Source: Phycisphaerae bacterium
GTDB taxonomy: Bacteria > Planctomycetota > Phycisphaerae > UBA1845 > Fen-1342
DNA: 64,000 nucleotides
Assembly (NCBI GenBank): GCA_050115495.1
Contig: JASFQK010000039.1
Location: 1-64,000, forward strand
Direction of reading: 5' to 3'
The stretch's first letter is position 1, and the number at the start of each line of letters is the position of its first letter. Below, piece after piece: positions 48,368 through 57,835 of the stretch. The notes under the pieces are model-generated. The model was not told the origin of the DNA. It searched no databases and saw only the letters and a program-made list of their open reading frames with translations. The position numbers were made by a program, and so were the translations under genes.

Positions 48368-51300
48368 TCACGGTACCGGCGAGACAACCTCCTCGCCCTC
48401 GGACGATTCCGGCAACAGCGTGTACCGCTCCATCTGCGAGCCGTTGACGCACAGCACGGTCGCCCGCTCGCCCGGCGGAGCCGGCACGGCGTAGAGCAGG
48501 CTCACCTGGTCATCAAGCTTCCGGTCGGCGATGACCTGCCCGTCGTCGTCGATCCAGATCAGCCGGCCGCCGGTCTCAGTGCTCCTGAAGCTGCTCTCAT
48601 CCACTTGTTCACGGACGTACAACGCCAGCCCAACCACGTACTCAACGCGTCCATCGCCGTCGAAGTCGCCGCCCACGGCCTCAGCCTGGCCCTGAACACC
48701 TGGTCCCAGCGTCGGCTCGAGCTTCCATAGGAGTTCACCGCGCGGCGAGTAGAGACACAGCAACATCCGCATGCGGGACCCGTCGAAGGTGGTGTACCGA
48801 GCAGCCGTGCACAGCCAGCAGACCTCGCCATCGACCGGAACACCGCGCACGGCCTGCACATCCGCGCCTTCCAGTCCCGGCAGACGCAGTTTCTGCACCA
48901 CACCCGTACTGGGCTTCAGGATCGAGACGCCGCCCTGGTAGTCGGGGAAGATCAGCTCCACCTCACCGTCGCCGTCGACGTCCTGCTCGGACATGTTCCA
49001 GCGTGAGCCGGAGAACATCATCGACTCCTCCAGGTTCACGCGTGCGTTACCGCCGGGCTCGTCTGGCGCCGTAATAGCCATCCCCAGCCCCTCGTCCTCG
49101 TCAAAGGAGGCAGCCGTGATCGTCTCGCCGGCGGCCAGCTTGCCCACGCAGTCGGCCAGTGCGGTTCGCACATCCTCCGTCCACGTCGGGAACACCGCCT
49201 TTACCTGCCCCGCCGAATCCACGACGTAGACGAGCGGCAGACAGGTCACATGCCACTCCTCCGCGATCCCGTGCTCGGCGTCGCTGATTTGCGGGAACCG
49301 TACGCCGCAGCGCTCGACCGTTTGCCGCATGATCGCTTCGCCCGCAGCGCCGTTGCCGTTAACACCGACGAAGCACACGTTGGCCGCGCTGTCCGCCGCC
49401 AGGCGCTGCATCTCGCGGAGCAGCGGCTCCGCCTGTGGCATCCACGTGGCCCAGAACGCGACGACCACGACCTTCCCGTGCTCGGCCGCCAAGTCGAACC
49501 GCCCGCCGTCGAACGTCGTGCCGATCAATGCGGGTGCCCGTTGACCGAGCAGCTTGTCCGGCTGGGCAATCTCGTCACTACATGTCCAGTAATACGGATC
49601 GTACACACGCGTGCCGGGCGCGTTCGGAACGAACGTGTCGTCGGGGATCTCCGCATCGGTCTCCACGTCGCGCAGGGTGATCACGATCTCCGCCTTCTCC
49701 ACCGCCTCGGGGTCGCGCTCGTACGACTGGCGCAGCACCGCCCGATAGCCCTCCGTGTAGTCCAGCCGGAATTCCTCGAAGAGTTGGCGCTCGCCGTCGA
49801 TGAACGCCTCGAACGGCAGCATGCTGCCATGCTCGAGACGGTCCAGCCGGAAGCGCCCGCTGAGCAACCGCCCCGCACGGCCCTCGCGTTCGGCGGGCTG
49901 CACGCCAGTCACAACCACGATCGGCAGGTACTCGTCACCGTCCTCGCCGCCGGCCAGCACCGCCGCCAGCGGATGTCCGCCGCCGACGGGTTCTCTGGAC
50001 AGCGACCACGGCGCACCGCCGAGCGCCTCGGCCGTCGTCATGCTCGGGGCCGTGTACGACCAGCGGCCGCGACTCGGCCAGTACCACTTGACCTCCTCGC
50101 CATCGCTGTACGCGTGCGTGTAGTCCCACTTGACCGCGATCCGGCCATCCGCCGAGGCGAGCGTTCCGTCAATCCGCCCTTCCTCTAACGGTCGGCCCTT
50201 CTGTTCCAGCCGTGCCTCGTAGCAGTAGCTGTCGCGGTAGCTCTTCAACGCCCGGTAGTGGGCCAGCGTGGCGTCGAGAACGGCCCGCGCCTCGGGCGAT
50301 TCCTCCGGAAGTGGCTCCCCCGGCACCGCGCCCCCAGCTCTGAGCAAGCCGGCCAGGAAGCCTCCCAGCACGGATCCCCCACCGCCCGACGGACCTTCCA
50401 CTTCGTCGTCGTCACTAGCAGCCGCTACGGGACCGCTCCCGGAGACGTTGCGCACATGTCGCCCAACGGCGGCCGCCAGCGCCTCGCCGCGCAGGTCGCG
50501 CTCGATGACCTTTCCGTCCGGCCCGATCAGGAACTTCGCCGGAATGCCGCCGACGCCGTACAGATTGGCGATGGGACCTTTGTCCGCCTTCTCCGCCCAG
50601 ATCTGGATCCAGGGCAGCTCCCGGGCGCTCGCGAACTTCTGCGCCGTCTCTGCGTCCTTGTCGAAGCTGATCCCGACCACAACGAAGTTGTCGCCGCCGA
50701 ACTCCTCGTACAGCTTCTTCACCTTCGGCAACTCGGCGACGCAGGGCCCGCACCAGGTCGCCCAGAAATCGATGAACACCACCTTGCCGCGCAGCTCGGA
50801 GAGCTTGAACGGCTTGCCGTCCAGCGTCTTCGCCTCAAAGTCGGGAGCGACCACGCCCGCGTGAATCGACTGCACCTTCACCTTGGCGATGTCCCGCTCC
50901 ACCGTGCTCTGCCCGACGGGCAGAGTCATCTCCTGGGACCAGGAGATGTCCTTCGGCCCGGGGCCTCACCCCAAGGCTGTGCGTTTGGCGTGTCGTAACA
51001 GCTTCACCGTGTGCGTGCCCGGCGGCAGGCCGTGCAGCTCGTACCTTCCGTCGGCGTCGCTCAGTCCGCCGATGACCGTCCCGTCGTCCGTGTGGATCTG
51101 AACGTTGACCATGGCGAGCGGCTTGTCGTCAGCGTCCAGCACGCGGCCGGCGACCGTCAGACCCTCTTTCGGCTGGAGCAGAACTTCCGCCGTCTCGCCC
51201 ACCGTCGCGGACACCGCTCGTTCGAAGAGCACGGGCGCGTAGGGCAAATTGGCGCCGGTTCCCCAGACAATCACCTTGTAGCGCTGGCCGGCGGGGAGTG

Positions 51301-51934
51301 GCCCGATCGGCCTCAACCTGGCGCCCGGCTCGCCAGACAGCGACCGCGAGTAGAAGAGGAGGCGTTGGTCGGCGTCCTCGTCCGCGCCAACACTGGCCCC
51401 ATCTTCCCCCTCCCCGAGCGGGGCCGCCAGCATGACCGCCAGGTATGCCCGCATGCCTTTGGGTAGCTCGGGCAGCTCGATATCCAGGCAAGCCCCCTTC
51501 TCCAGCCGTAGTCGCAACGGCTCCTGCTGGAGGTCCGCCGGCTTGATGTTCGGCAGGGTCGCGAAGCCGTGCTCGGCGTCACCGGCGAGAATGAGCCAAT
51601 CATCCTCCAGGGCGGCGAGATTCCGCAGGACAAAATGCCCTGCTGGATCGGTCATGGCCCGGCAGCAGTAGCGTCCGTTCGCCTTGGCGAACATTCCGAA
51701 CAGGTACTCGTTGTCGGCGCACACGCGTGCCCCGACCTCGTCATCGTACTCCAGGTATCCCTTCGCCCGATGGACGAGGACGACGGGCATACCCGCCGCC
51801 GGCTGGCCACTGTCGGCGAACTCCACGACGCCTTCGAGCTGATTGATCCCCGGCTCGCCCCCCACTGCCAACCCCGCGGCCAGCACGGGCCATAGCGCAG
51901 CCACCATCCACGTCGAGACGCGCTTCGTACTCAA
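48368..51934 (-). CDS. Exported multidomain redoxin (carboxypeptidase-regulatory-like beta sandwiches, TlpA-type thioredoxin WCGPC, LolA/DUF2092-like region, degenerate thioredoxin, FG-GAP-like repeats); probable selenoprotein with in-frame TGA at 50966-50968
   Basis: ORFs 50966..52300 and 48368..50929 share a frame, separated by one TGA plus 12 sense codons; AGGAGGT RBS before TTG 51934 and signal peptide; hairpins follow the TGA. Confidence 0.75.
50907..50965 (-). promoter_or_regulatory. Putative bacterial SECIS element (two tandem hairpins)
   Basis: mRNA: UGA-GGCCCCGGGCCGAAGGA-CAUCUCCUG[GUCC]CAGGAGAUG-A-CUCUGCCC[GUC]GGGCAGAG; first loop starts with G, 26 nt after the UGA. Confidence 0.65.
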
Positions 51935-52445
51935 GCTGCACCTCCTGTTCGCGAAGATGTTACAGTAATGCTGACAAGTCCAACCCCATACCCGGTGGCA
52001 CCAGCACGCGAGACTTTGTCGATAGGGTTCCCGTCCCTGTGGAAACTGCTGTCCACCCACGTGTATGGTAGTGGTCGCCAATGGCCCCGTCCACCCGGCC
52101 GGCGCGACTCCGCCGAAACCCCACCGGACGTCGCGGGCCCCCGGCGCCCCCCGCCATGCGGCCCCCGGCGCCCCCCTGCGATTCGCGCGGAAACGACCAG
52201 GACCAGGCCTGGGCCACGTGCCGGTAGCAACTGCGTGCACGCGGACAGACCAGTCCGAAAGGAACGATCGAAGGGGTCCAAAGCCGCGCGCCGCGATCAA
52301 TCACGTGGACGCCAACGGACTAGTCCCGGAGGGACGGCTGAAGATAGCCCAGCAGGAACTGCTGGGACCCGCCGGCCGCCTCCGATCCCCAGTCCCGAAG
52401 GGACGACTGAACGCCGGGTGGCGCAACGAATCCTTCAGCCCACGC

Positions 52446-52889
52446 TCACTCCGCCGCCAGGAGCCGGATCTGCCCGGGGGCCTTCAGACACAATTGATAC
52501 GCTCGCTCCGGCGTGCGGTCGCGGTCCAGGTCGAACCGCACCTCGAACCCCATATCGCAGCCGTCTCGATCCTGCACGCCGGAGACGGGCACTTTCATCC
52601 CGTCGCTGCGCTGATACGCGCAAACCGACAGCACAATGCGTGCAGAGGCCGCCCATCGGGCAAGCTCCCGCAGCGCGTTCTGCTCCGCCTCCTTGTTCGG
52701 CGCGGTGGCCACGTGCGACAGCAGGTCCTCAAGCTCGCCGAGCCGGCGCATCCTCCGCCGCCAGATGACCTCCCGAATGATGAGGACCACACTCGCGGCG
52801 ATGAACAGCCACCAAACCAGCGCGGTGGCTAACCGAAACGCAAGGTGGAAGCTATCGCTGTCGCCGTTCCAGAACCCCAACAATCCCAT
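52446..52889 (-). CDS. Hypothetical membrane protein
   Basis: AAGGA RBS; N-terminal hydrophobic segment followed by RRRMRR. Confidence 0.55.
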   Translation of the reverse strand: MGLLGFWNGDSDSFHLAFRLATALVWWLFIAASVVLIIREVIWRRRMRRLGELEDLLSHVATAPNKEAEQNALRELARWAASARIVLSVCAYQRSDGMKVPVSGVQDRDGCDMGFEVRFDLDRDRTPERAYQLCLKAPGQIRLLAAE

Positions 52890-53100
52890 GCATCCAATCC
52901 TTTCCGGATGCGCCCCTCACTGACCCCGAGAAGCCACCCTGTCCCTCAGATCACTTCTGCCGCGTATCCACAACGGCCCCGTCCTCGCCGGGTTGCCGCG
53001 TCGAGACCTGCTTCTCGATCCGCCGGCCCGAACAATCATACGCGATCTCGACCTTCCGGTCGCGCTTTCGCCGGCGAGCCGGAAAGCTGCGTTCGGCGAA

Positions 53101-53760
53101 TCACTTCGCCGGCGCCCACGGGCCCGTAATGGTCACGGCTTCCCAGACCGGGCTATCCGGGTCGTTCCGCACGACCGAGAAAGGCTGGGGGTTAAACGTG
53201 AGCGTCGCACGCGCTCCGATTCCCCCTGTCTCCCCGGCATAGAGGAACACGAGTCTTGGTGGCCCACTCGGATCATCCGGGTACATGAGCGTATGGTGAG
53301 AACGGTTCTCCATAACGAGCGCTTCGTCGACCTGGTCACCCAGCTCGATGATGCGGCTGAACCGCGCGTTCGGTCGTTCCGTAAACGTCAGCTCAGGACG
53401 GCCATCCGCGTCGAGGTCGGTATACCACTCCTCGCGGCCCCACACGATCAAGAGGCATCTCTTGACATAGACAACCTCCCGGGCGTCGTTGAGCACACAA
53501 ATCATGCGCTCATCCGCGTCGTCCCGGACCGCCGCGATGTACGCGGTAACGTGCGTTCCGACACACGCCTTGATCGGGACAGACACATCCAACACGTCGT
53601 CTTGCACGACGAGCCGCGCCGACCTGATGAGTTCCAGGAACTGGGCGTGGTCGACGACATCCCGCGTGCGCCAGTATTGCCACACGCCCAGGCCAAGCGC
53701 AGTAACAACGACAAGACCGAGGAGGTGCCCCCAGCGTGTCTTGCGGATGCCGGATTCCAT
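53101..53760 (-). CDS. Hypothetical membrane-anchored protein
   Basis: AAGGGG RBS; N-terminal TM; DLDADGRPEL Ca-binding-like loop. Confidence 0.6.
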   Translation of the reverse strand: MESGIRKTRWGHLLGLVVVTALGLGVWQYWRTRDVVDHAQFLELIRSARLVVQDDVLDVSVPIKACVGTHVTAYIAAVRDDADERMICVLNDAREVVYVKRCLLIVWGREEWYTDLDADGRPELTFTERPNARFSRIIELGDQVDEALVMENRSHHTLMYPDDPSGPPRLVFLYAGETGGIGARATLTFNPQPFSVVRNDPDSPVWEAVTITGPWAPAK

Positions 53761-53974
53761 GATTTCCCCTTAGCGAAAGATGGTACAACCACTTGGCTCG
53801 TAGTCCATGCTCTCCGGAATAGGTTCTCCCGGAAGCTCCCCCCGGGCAACCCGTCGCACGCCGGCGGCGTCGGCGTACCGCCGGATCGGCGACCGATCGT
53901 CGTCATAACACTGGAACGTCCCCACCGCAGCCCCTATCTTTTTCCAAACTCCCACCTGCACCCGGAAACGACGA

Positions 53975-53995
53975 ATGCCCGCTCGTCACGGGCAT
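53975..53995 (-). terminator. Hairpin downstream of the tRNA-Gly fragment
   Basis: ATGCCCG/CGGGCAT stem ~8 nt past the tRNA 3' end, weak T tract. Confidence 0.5.
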
Positions 53996-54002
53996 GTTCG
54001 AG

Positions 54003-54044
54003 AGCAGGTGATGGGACTTGAACCCACGACATTCACGTTGGCAA
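54003..54044 (-). pseudogene. 3' half of tRNA-Gly(GCC); att-site remnant
   Basis: Minus strand TTGCCAA-CGTGA-ATGTC-GTGGG-TTCAAGT-CCCAT-CACCTGC-T: anticodon loop, T arm and acceptor 3' strand; no D arm or 5' strand upstream. Confidence 0.85.
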
Positions 54045-54572
54045 AGTCACCAAGAGGACCCGGCCGAGAAGCCCGAAGCCTCGCGACACCAGTAGTTTAG
54101 ACGATCTTCGCACCTATTGCAAGTCATTCCAAACGACCGCGGTTTTTAGCGGTAGAACGCGGTTTCGGGGGACCATTTTCGGTACATACCGGATTCGTAC
54201 CGGGCGTCTACCCGACCCGCCTCCGGACTCCGAAGACTACAGGAGCGGTAGCGCTCGACCGCCTCCGCGGCTCTCTGGTGATTGGGCCCGCCTCTACCCC
54301 CTGCCCGCGCTTGTCGCGTTCAACCACGGCCGACCCTGGACGTTCTGAGGCCGCTGGCGCGGCGGTGTGGACTCGCGGGTGTCAGGTTGGACCGGGGTTC
54401 GGGGGGCAGTGCCACGGGATGATGATGAGGGGCAGAACGCCCCGACACGAACGCTGCCAAGGCGTCCGGAGCTACTGACGGGCCCGGATCAGAGCATTCG
54501 TCTGCCGCTTGGTCCGCTTGCCGGCTTTCTGCGAGGGTCTACGCAAGGCAGCAGACGCAGCATTCGCGCTTG

Positions 54573-55421
54573 CTACTCTGTCCCCGGATAGGGCGAGACA
54601 GTGACCATGTTCTCGTCCGAGCTAACGACCTTCCCGATAACAAAGACCCCTGATTGACTGGCCCACTGGGCCCCCTTGGGCACGATGACCGAACATGTCA
54701 CGCCCGGGTGCTCCACGCTTTCAACGGCGACCTTCGCAACGGTGCGACCAGCGGTCTCTGTGATCGAAAGCACTGAGCCGTTGAAAGCCAGCGTTTCGCC
54801 CACCTTCTCGCCACCACTGAGAATCACTTCCAAAGCGTATTCCGTGAAGCAGTAATCGTAGGCCCCGTGGCCCTCCACGATAAGTGACGACCCCTGCCAT
54901 CGCCTCGCAGGCTGCGCCTCTACGGCTCCGGACAGCCGCTTGATCGTGCGGAGGTACTCTGAATGCCGCTCATGGAACTGCTTCACGAACTTCTTGTCAG
55001 CCTTCTCCGCCAGTTCTTCGGCGTGCTGTTCGCAGAAGTCGAGGTAGGCAACGTATGCCGCCAGATTGTCGCGGCGAGGAAGCACCCTCTTCTGCCCCTC
55101 GCACTGCCAGCACTCTTCACGAGTCCCGTTCCGCTTCTTGATCCAGCCCTTCCCATCGCAAAGCGCGCAGTCCACTTTCTTCTTGTCGATTTCTCTGTCA
55201 AACCGCCCGATCTCGCGAACGAGTGACAGCTTCTTCGGTCCCTCAGGTTTCTGCCTCGCGGGGGGCTTCACCGCCGGCGCCGTCGTTGGCGCGTGTTCCG
55301 GCGGTTCCTTGGGTTCCTGCGCATGGGCGGTCTTTACCCCGATCAGCCCAACGATGATGGTACTTGCTGCCAGCCACACGAAACGCTGTTCTGCCCGCCT
55401 TCGTGCTCTTGAGAATCCCAT
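54573..55421 (-). CDS. Exported/membrane-anchored cargo protein with DnaJ-type zinc-finger motifs
   Basis: AAGGAG RBS; signal/TM; CALCDGKG and CWQCEGQK; beta-rich C-terminus. Confidence 0.7.
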   Translation of the reverse strand: MGFSRARRRAEQRFVWLAASTIIVGLIGVKTAHAQEPKEPPEHAPTTAPAVKPPARQKPEGPKKLSLVREIGRFDREIDKKKVDCALCDGKGWIKKRNGTREECWQCEGQKRVLPRRDNLAAYVAYLDFCEQHAEELAEKADKKFVKQFHERHSEYLRTIKRLSGAVEAQPARRWQGSSLIVEGHGAYDYCFTEYALEVILSGGEKVGETLAFNGSVLSITETAGRTVAKVAVESVEHPGVTCSVIVPKGAQWASQSGVFVIGKVVSSDENMVTVSPYPGTE

Positions 55422-55563
55422 TGTGAAGCTCCTTTGCGGACCGTCGTGACGACCCTACTTATCCGCGAGATGCTGTAAACCGGCGTCTATCAGCGTGTAC
55501 TTCGCTCGCGGCTTTGCAACAGTAGCCATGCGTCCCCCAGCATAACAACACGCCGGCCACGGC

Positions 55564-55604
55564 GAAAGAAAACCCCGCCCCGGGGAGCTTCCGGGGCAGG
55601 GCGA
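55564..55604 (-). terminator. Rho-independent terminator closing the element core operon
   Basis: Minus strand CCCTGCCCCGG-AAGCTCC-CCGGGGCGGGG-TTTTCTTT. Confidence 0.75.
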
Positions 55605-55644
55605 GCATCCGGCGGAACTTGAGACCGGATGCCCAGCAACCGAT

Positions 55645-55962
55645 TCAGCGTTCCGGCCGCCAGCCCAGCGGGCAGTCGCCGGCCGGGCCGTGCCGACGAA
55701 GATCGGACAGGCACCGTGCATCGGCGGGGCTAAGGCGGCACTTCCGGGCTTGCCAGTGGTGGCACACTGCCTCGGCGACCGGGCAGGGTTCGGGGCCGGT
55801 GACCGGCGGCGTGACCGGCTGGGGCAGCGCGTCGGCCGTCACGCCGCGCGGACAGGTCTTCGGAACCTCGAAACCGCGGAGCAACTCGGGCTGCGTCCGG
55901 CACATGCGGCAGGCGATTCGCTGACGGCAGAACGACGTCCTCAACCACGGCTTGCATTTCAT
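55645..55962 (-). CDS. Small Cys-rich hypothetical protein
   Basis: ATGA overlap with the upstream gene; CRMC, TCP and DCPLGW motifs; ends before the terminator. Confidence 0.6.
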   Translation of the reverse strand: MKCKPWLRTSFCRQRIACRMCRTQPELLRGFEVPKTCPRGVTADALPQPVTPPVTGPEPCPVAEAVCHHWQARKCRLSPADARCLSDLRRHGPAGDCPLGWRPER

Positions 55963-56552
55963 GGGCCGGGCTCCTGGCTTATTTGGCCGCCGCCGTTGCA
56001 CATGTTCCGGTAAATGCCAGTGTACCCGGCGCATGAAATGATCTGGTTGTCATGCGGCCCACTGGCAGATAGGCACGGACCCTCCAGTTCGACAGCGGCG
56101 TGGAACGCGAACCAGTGGTATTGAGTCTCGACAATGCTGATGTCTAGCCCGCCCGACATGGCCTCGACGATGATGTAGGCGCTGTACGTGTTAGAGCTGA
56201 GCGGGTCGCCTTCGCAGTACCCATCGGTATAAGCCTCTCTCAGTATTGACTGTGACACTAACACAAACCACTTGCATGGGCTGCCAAGTCCCTGCGTCAG
56301 CACGTGCGTTCCGTCGAAGCCGGACAGCGTAAATCTATATCTATAACCAGGGGGAGAGTCCCACGGGCAGCACTCTCCGCATGTACCGTCCATTCCGCTT
56401 ACAAGAACTGTGCGATGTAGTGGGGTCACCCCAGAGCAATATTGGCACGGGTCGCCAGGTGCAACGCTGGTGTCTTTGCACAGCTTCGGCAGCCCGTTTT
56501 TGCATACCCTCGGGAGCCCGTTGCTACAGAGCCGTGGAAGTCCTTCGATCAT
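55959..56552 (-). CDS. Cys-rich hypothetical protein with triple N-terminal GLPxxC repeat
   Basis: ATGA overlaps on both sides; visibly lower GC than host genes. Confidence 0.65.
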   Translation of the reverse strand: MIEGLPRLCSNGLPRVCKNGLPKLCKDTSVAPGDPCQYCSGVTPLHRTVLVSGMDGTCGECCPWDSPPGYRYRFTLSGFDGTHVLTQGLGSPCKWFVLVSQSILREAYTDGYCEGDPLSSNTYSAYIIVEAMSGGLDISIVETQYHWFAFHAAVELEGPCLSASGPHDNQIISCAGYTGIYRNMCNGGGQISQEPGP

Positions 56553-57241
56553 CGCGCCCGTCCCTCGGCGGCTCGCACGGCCAGCATCGCCGCCTTATCG
56601 CGCGCGACCTTCGCGGCGAGGATGGAGCGTTGCACTTCCGCCTCGGCCTGCAGCTCCTCGCGACGCAGCCGACATTCCAGCTCGTCGTCGGCCGCGCGCC
56701 GGTCCAGGCGGTTGGCGACCTCGGCCGGCGTCTTGCCCGGCGGGCAGCATCCAATGCCAGCGTACCCGGGAACGAACGGAATGGGTCGGCCGAGATAGCC
56801 TTCCGGATGCACCTCGGTCGGTTCCGCCGCCGGCAGCGCGCGTGTGACACACTCGTCAAATTCGTCGTCGGTGAGGATTCGGTGTAGCTGACCGACGCGA
56901 TTGTGCTCGCACCACAACGAGAAATCGCGCCGCAGGCGTTCGGCGGAAACGCGCAAGGCGGCGTGAACGGCCACACGTTCGCTGACGAATCGCGCGAAGG
57001 TTTCCGCCCGGCCGTCCGCGGCGGCGACACGCCGCTGCGCCGCCGCCCGCTCAGCAGCCGCTTCCTGCCGACGCGTTACCTCGGACGCTTCCATCATCCT
57101 GAGCTGGATGCCGAGCGAACTTCCCCACACGAGCGCCAGCTTGCGCTCCGCCTCCACCACGCGCTTTTCGAGCGCGGCAAGACGTGAGGCGTCACTGCTG
57201 GCTTTCGAGGCTACACTTGTCTTCGAGGATGCACTAGCCAT
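56549..57241 (-). CDS. Hypothetical protein, coiled coil plus primase-C-terminal-like winged helix
   Basis: GGAGGG RBS; FARFVSERV..VSAERLRRDFSLWCEHN resembles the D5/P4-primase C-terminal domain (inference). Confidence 0.55.
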   Translation of the reverse strand: MASASSKTSVASKASSDASRLAALEKRVVEAERKLALVWGSSLGIQLRMMEASEVTRRQEAAAERAAAQRRVAAADGRAETFARFVSERVAVHAALRVSAERLRRDFSLWCEHNRVGQLHRILTDDEFDECVTRALPAAEPTEVHPEGYLGRPIPFVPGYAGIGCCPPGKTPAEVANRLDRRAADDELECRLRREELQAEAEVQRSILAAKVARDKAAMLAVRAAEGRAR

Positions 57242-57539
57242 TGCGTGCCCTCCGCGCGGCGTCTTGCTGCGCCGCGTACGTTTTCGCCCGTCGCTTGGCG
57301 TCTCGCACCGTGGCCGGCACCGCCTCGTCTTCGTCGCCGCCGTAGACGCGGTCCGCGAGCCGGGAGAGCTGGAGCCTGTCCGCGCTCGTGGCGGCGGCAA
57401 GGCTGGGCTCACGCCTCCGATGCGACAGCGAAACGACGTCGCCCACGCGCACGAGCCGATCTGTGTCGCCACCGACCTCCGAGAAGATGGGCGCGCCGCG
57501 CTCGTCCACACCGACCAACATGAACTCACCAGAACTCAT
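57234..57539 (-). CDS. Hypothetical protein
   Basis: AAGGA RBS; translationally coupled to both neighbours. Confidence 0.55.
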   Translation of the reverse strand: MSSGEFMLVGVDERGAPIFSEVGGDTDRLVRVGDVVSLSHRRREPSLAAATSADRLQLSRLADRVYGGDEDEAVPATVRDAKRRAKTYAAQQDAARRARNG

Positions 57540-57835
57540 AGCACACGTCCTTTCTTGCTGCGCCGCCTACGCGGCGTCGTCTTGCACTTGCCTTTCACGA
57601 CTACCTCAAGTCGTTCCATGCCGTCGGCGACCGACCGCGGGCCGGCCTCGCCGGTGAACGCATCTGTCCATTCCTCAACCGAGCACGACGAGAACGGGCC
57701 GCCGGGGCCGATGGTGGCCTTGGCCATTGCCGCGAGCTGCCCAACGACGGCTCGCCGCATATCCGCGCTTGCTTGCCGCCGACGAGCGGCCGCGCCGATC
57801 AACCGTTCGAGTCGAGCCCAACCTCGCCACGACAT
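57536..57835 (-). CDS. Hypothetical protein
   Basis: GGGAG RBS; ATGA overlap with the next gene. Confidence 0.5.
   Translation of the reverse strand: MSWRGWARLERLIGAAARRRQASADMRRAVVGQLAAMAKATIGPGGPFSSCSVEEWTDAFTGEAGPRSVADGMERLEVVVKGKCKTTPRRRRSKKGRVL

Noticed and set aside
50966..50968. Genome-wide UGA reassignment as the explanation for the in-frame TGA
   Set aside because: TGA is a normal stop for many conserved genes here (katA, corA, emrA, ATGA/GTGA overlaps)
51935..52300. 122-codon N-terminal extension of ORF 50966..52300
   Set aside because: Low-complexity translation; the strong AGGAGGT RBS and signal peptide point to TTG 51934
53770..53961. 63-aa minus-strand ORF next to the att site
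   Set aside because: No RBS or motif; cannot be supported, though a gene remnant is possible
54003..54080. Complete tRNA-Gly gene
   Set aside because: No D arm or 5' acceptor strand upstream of the anticodon loop; only the 3' half is present
55959..56552. Diversity-generating retroelement target
   Set aside because: No reverse transcriptase or template/variable repeat pair seen in the window
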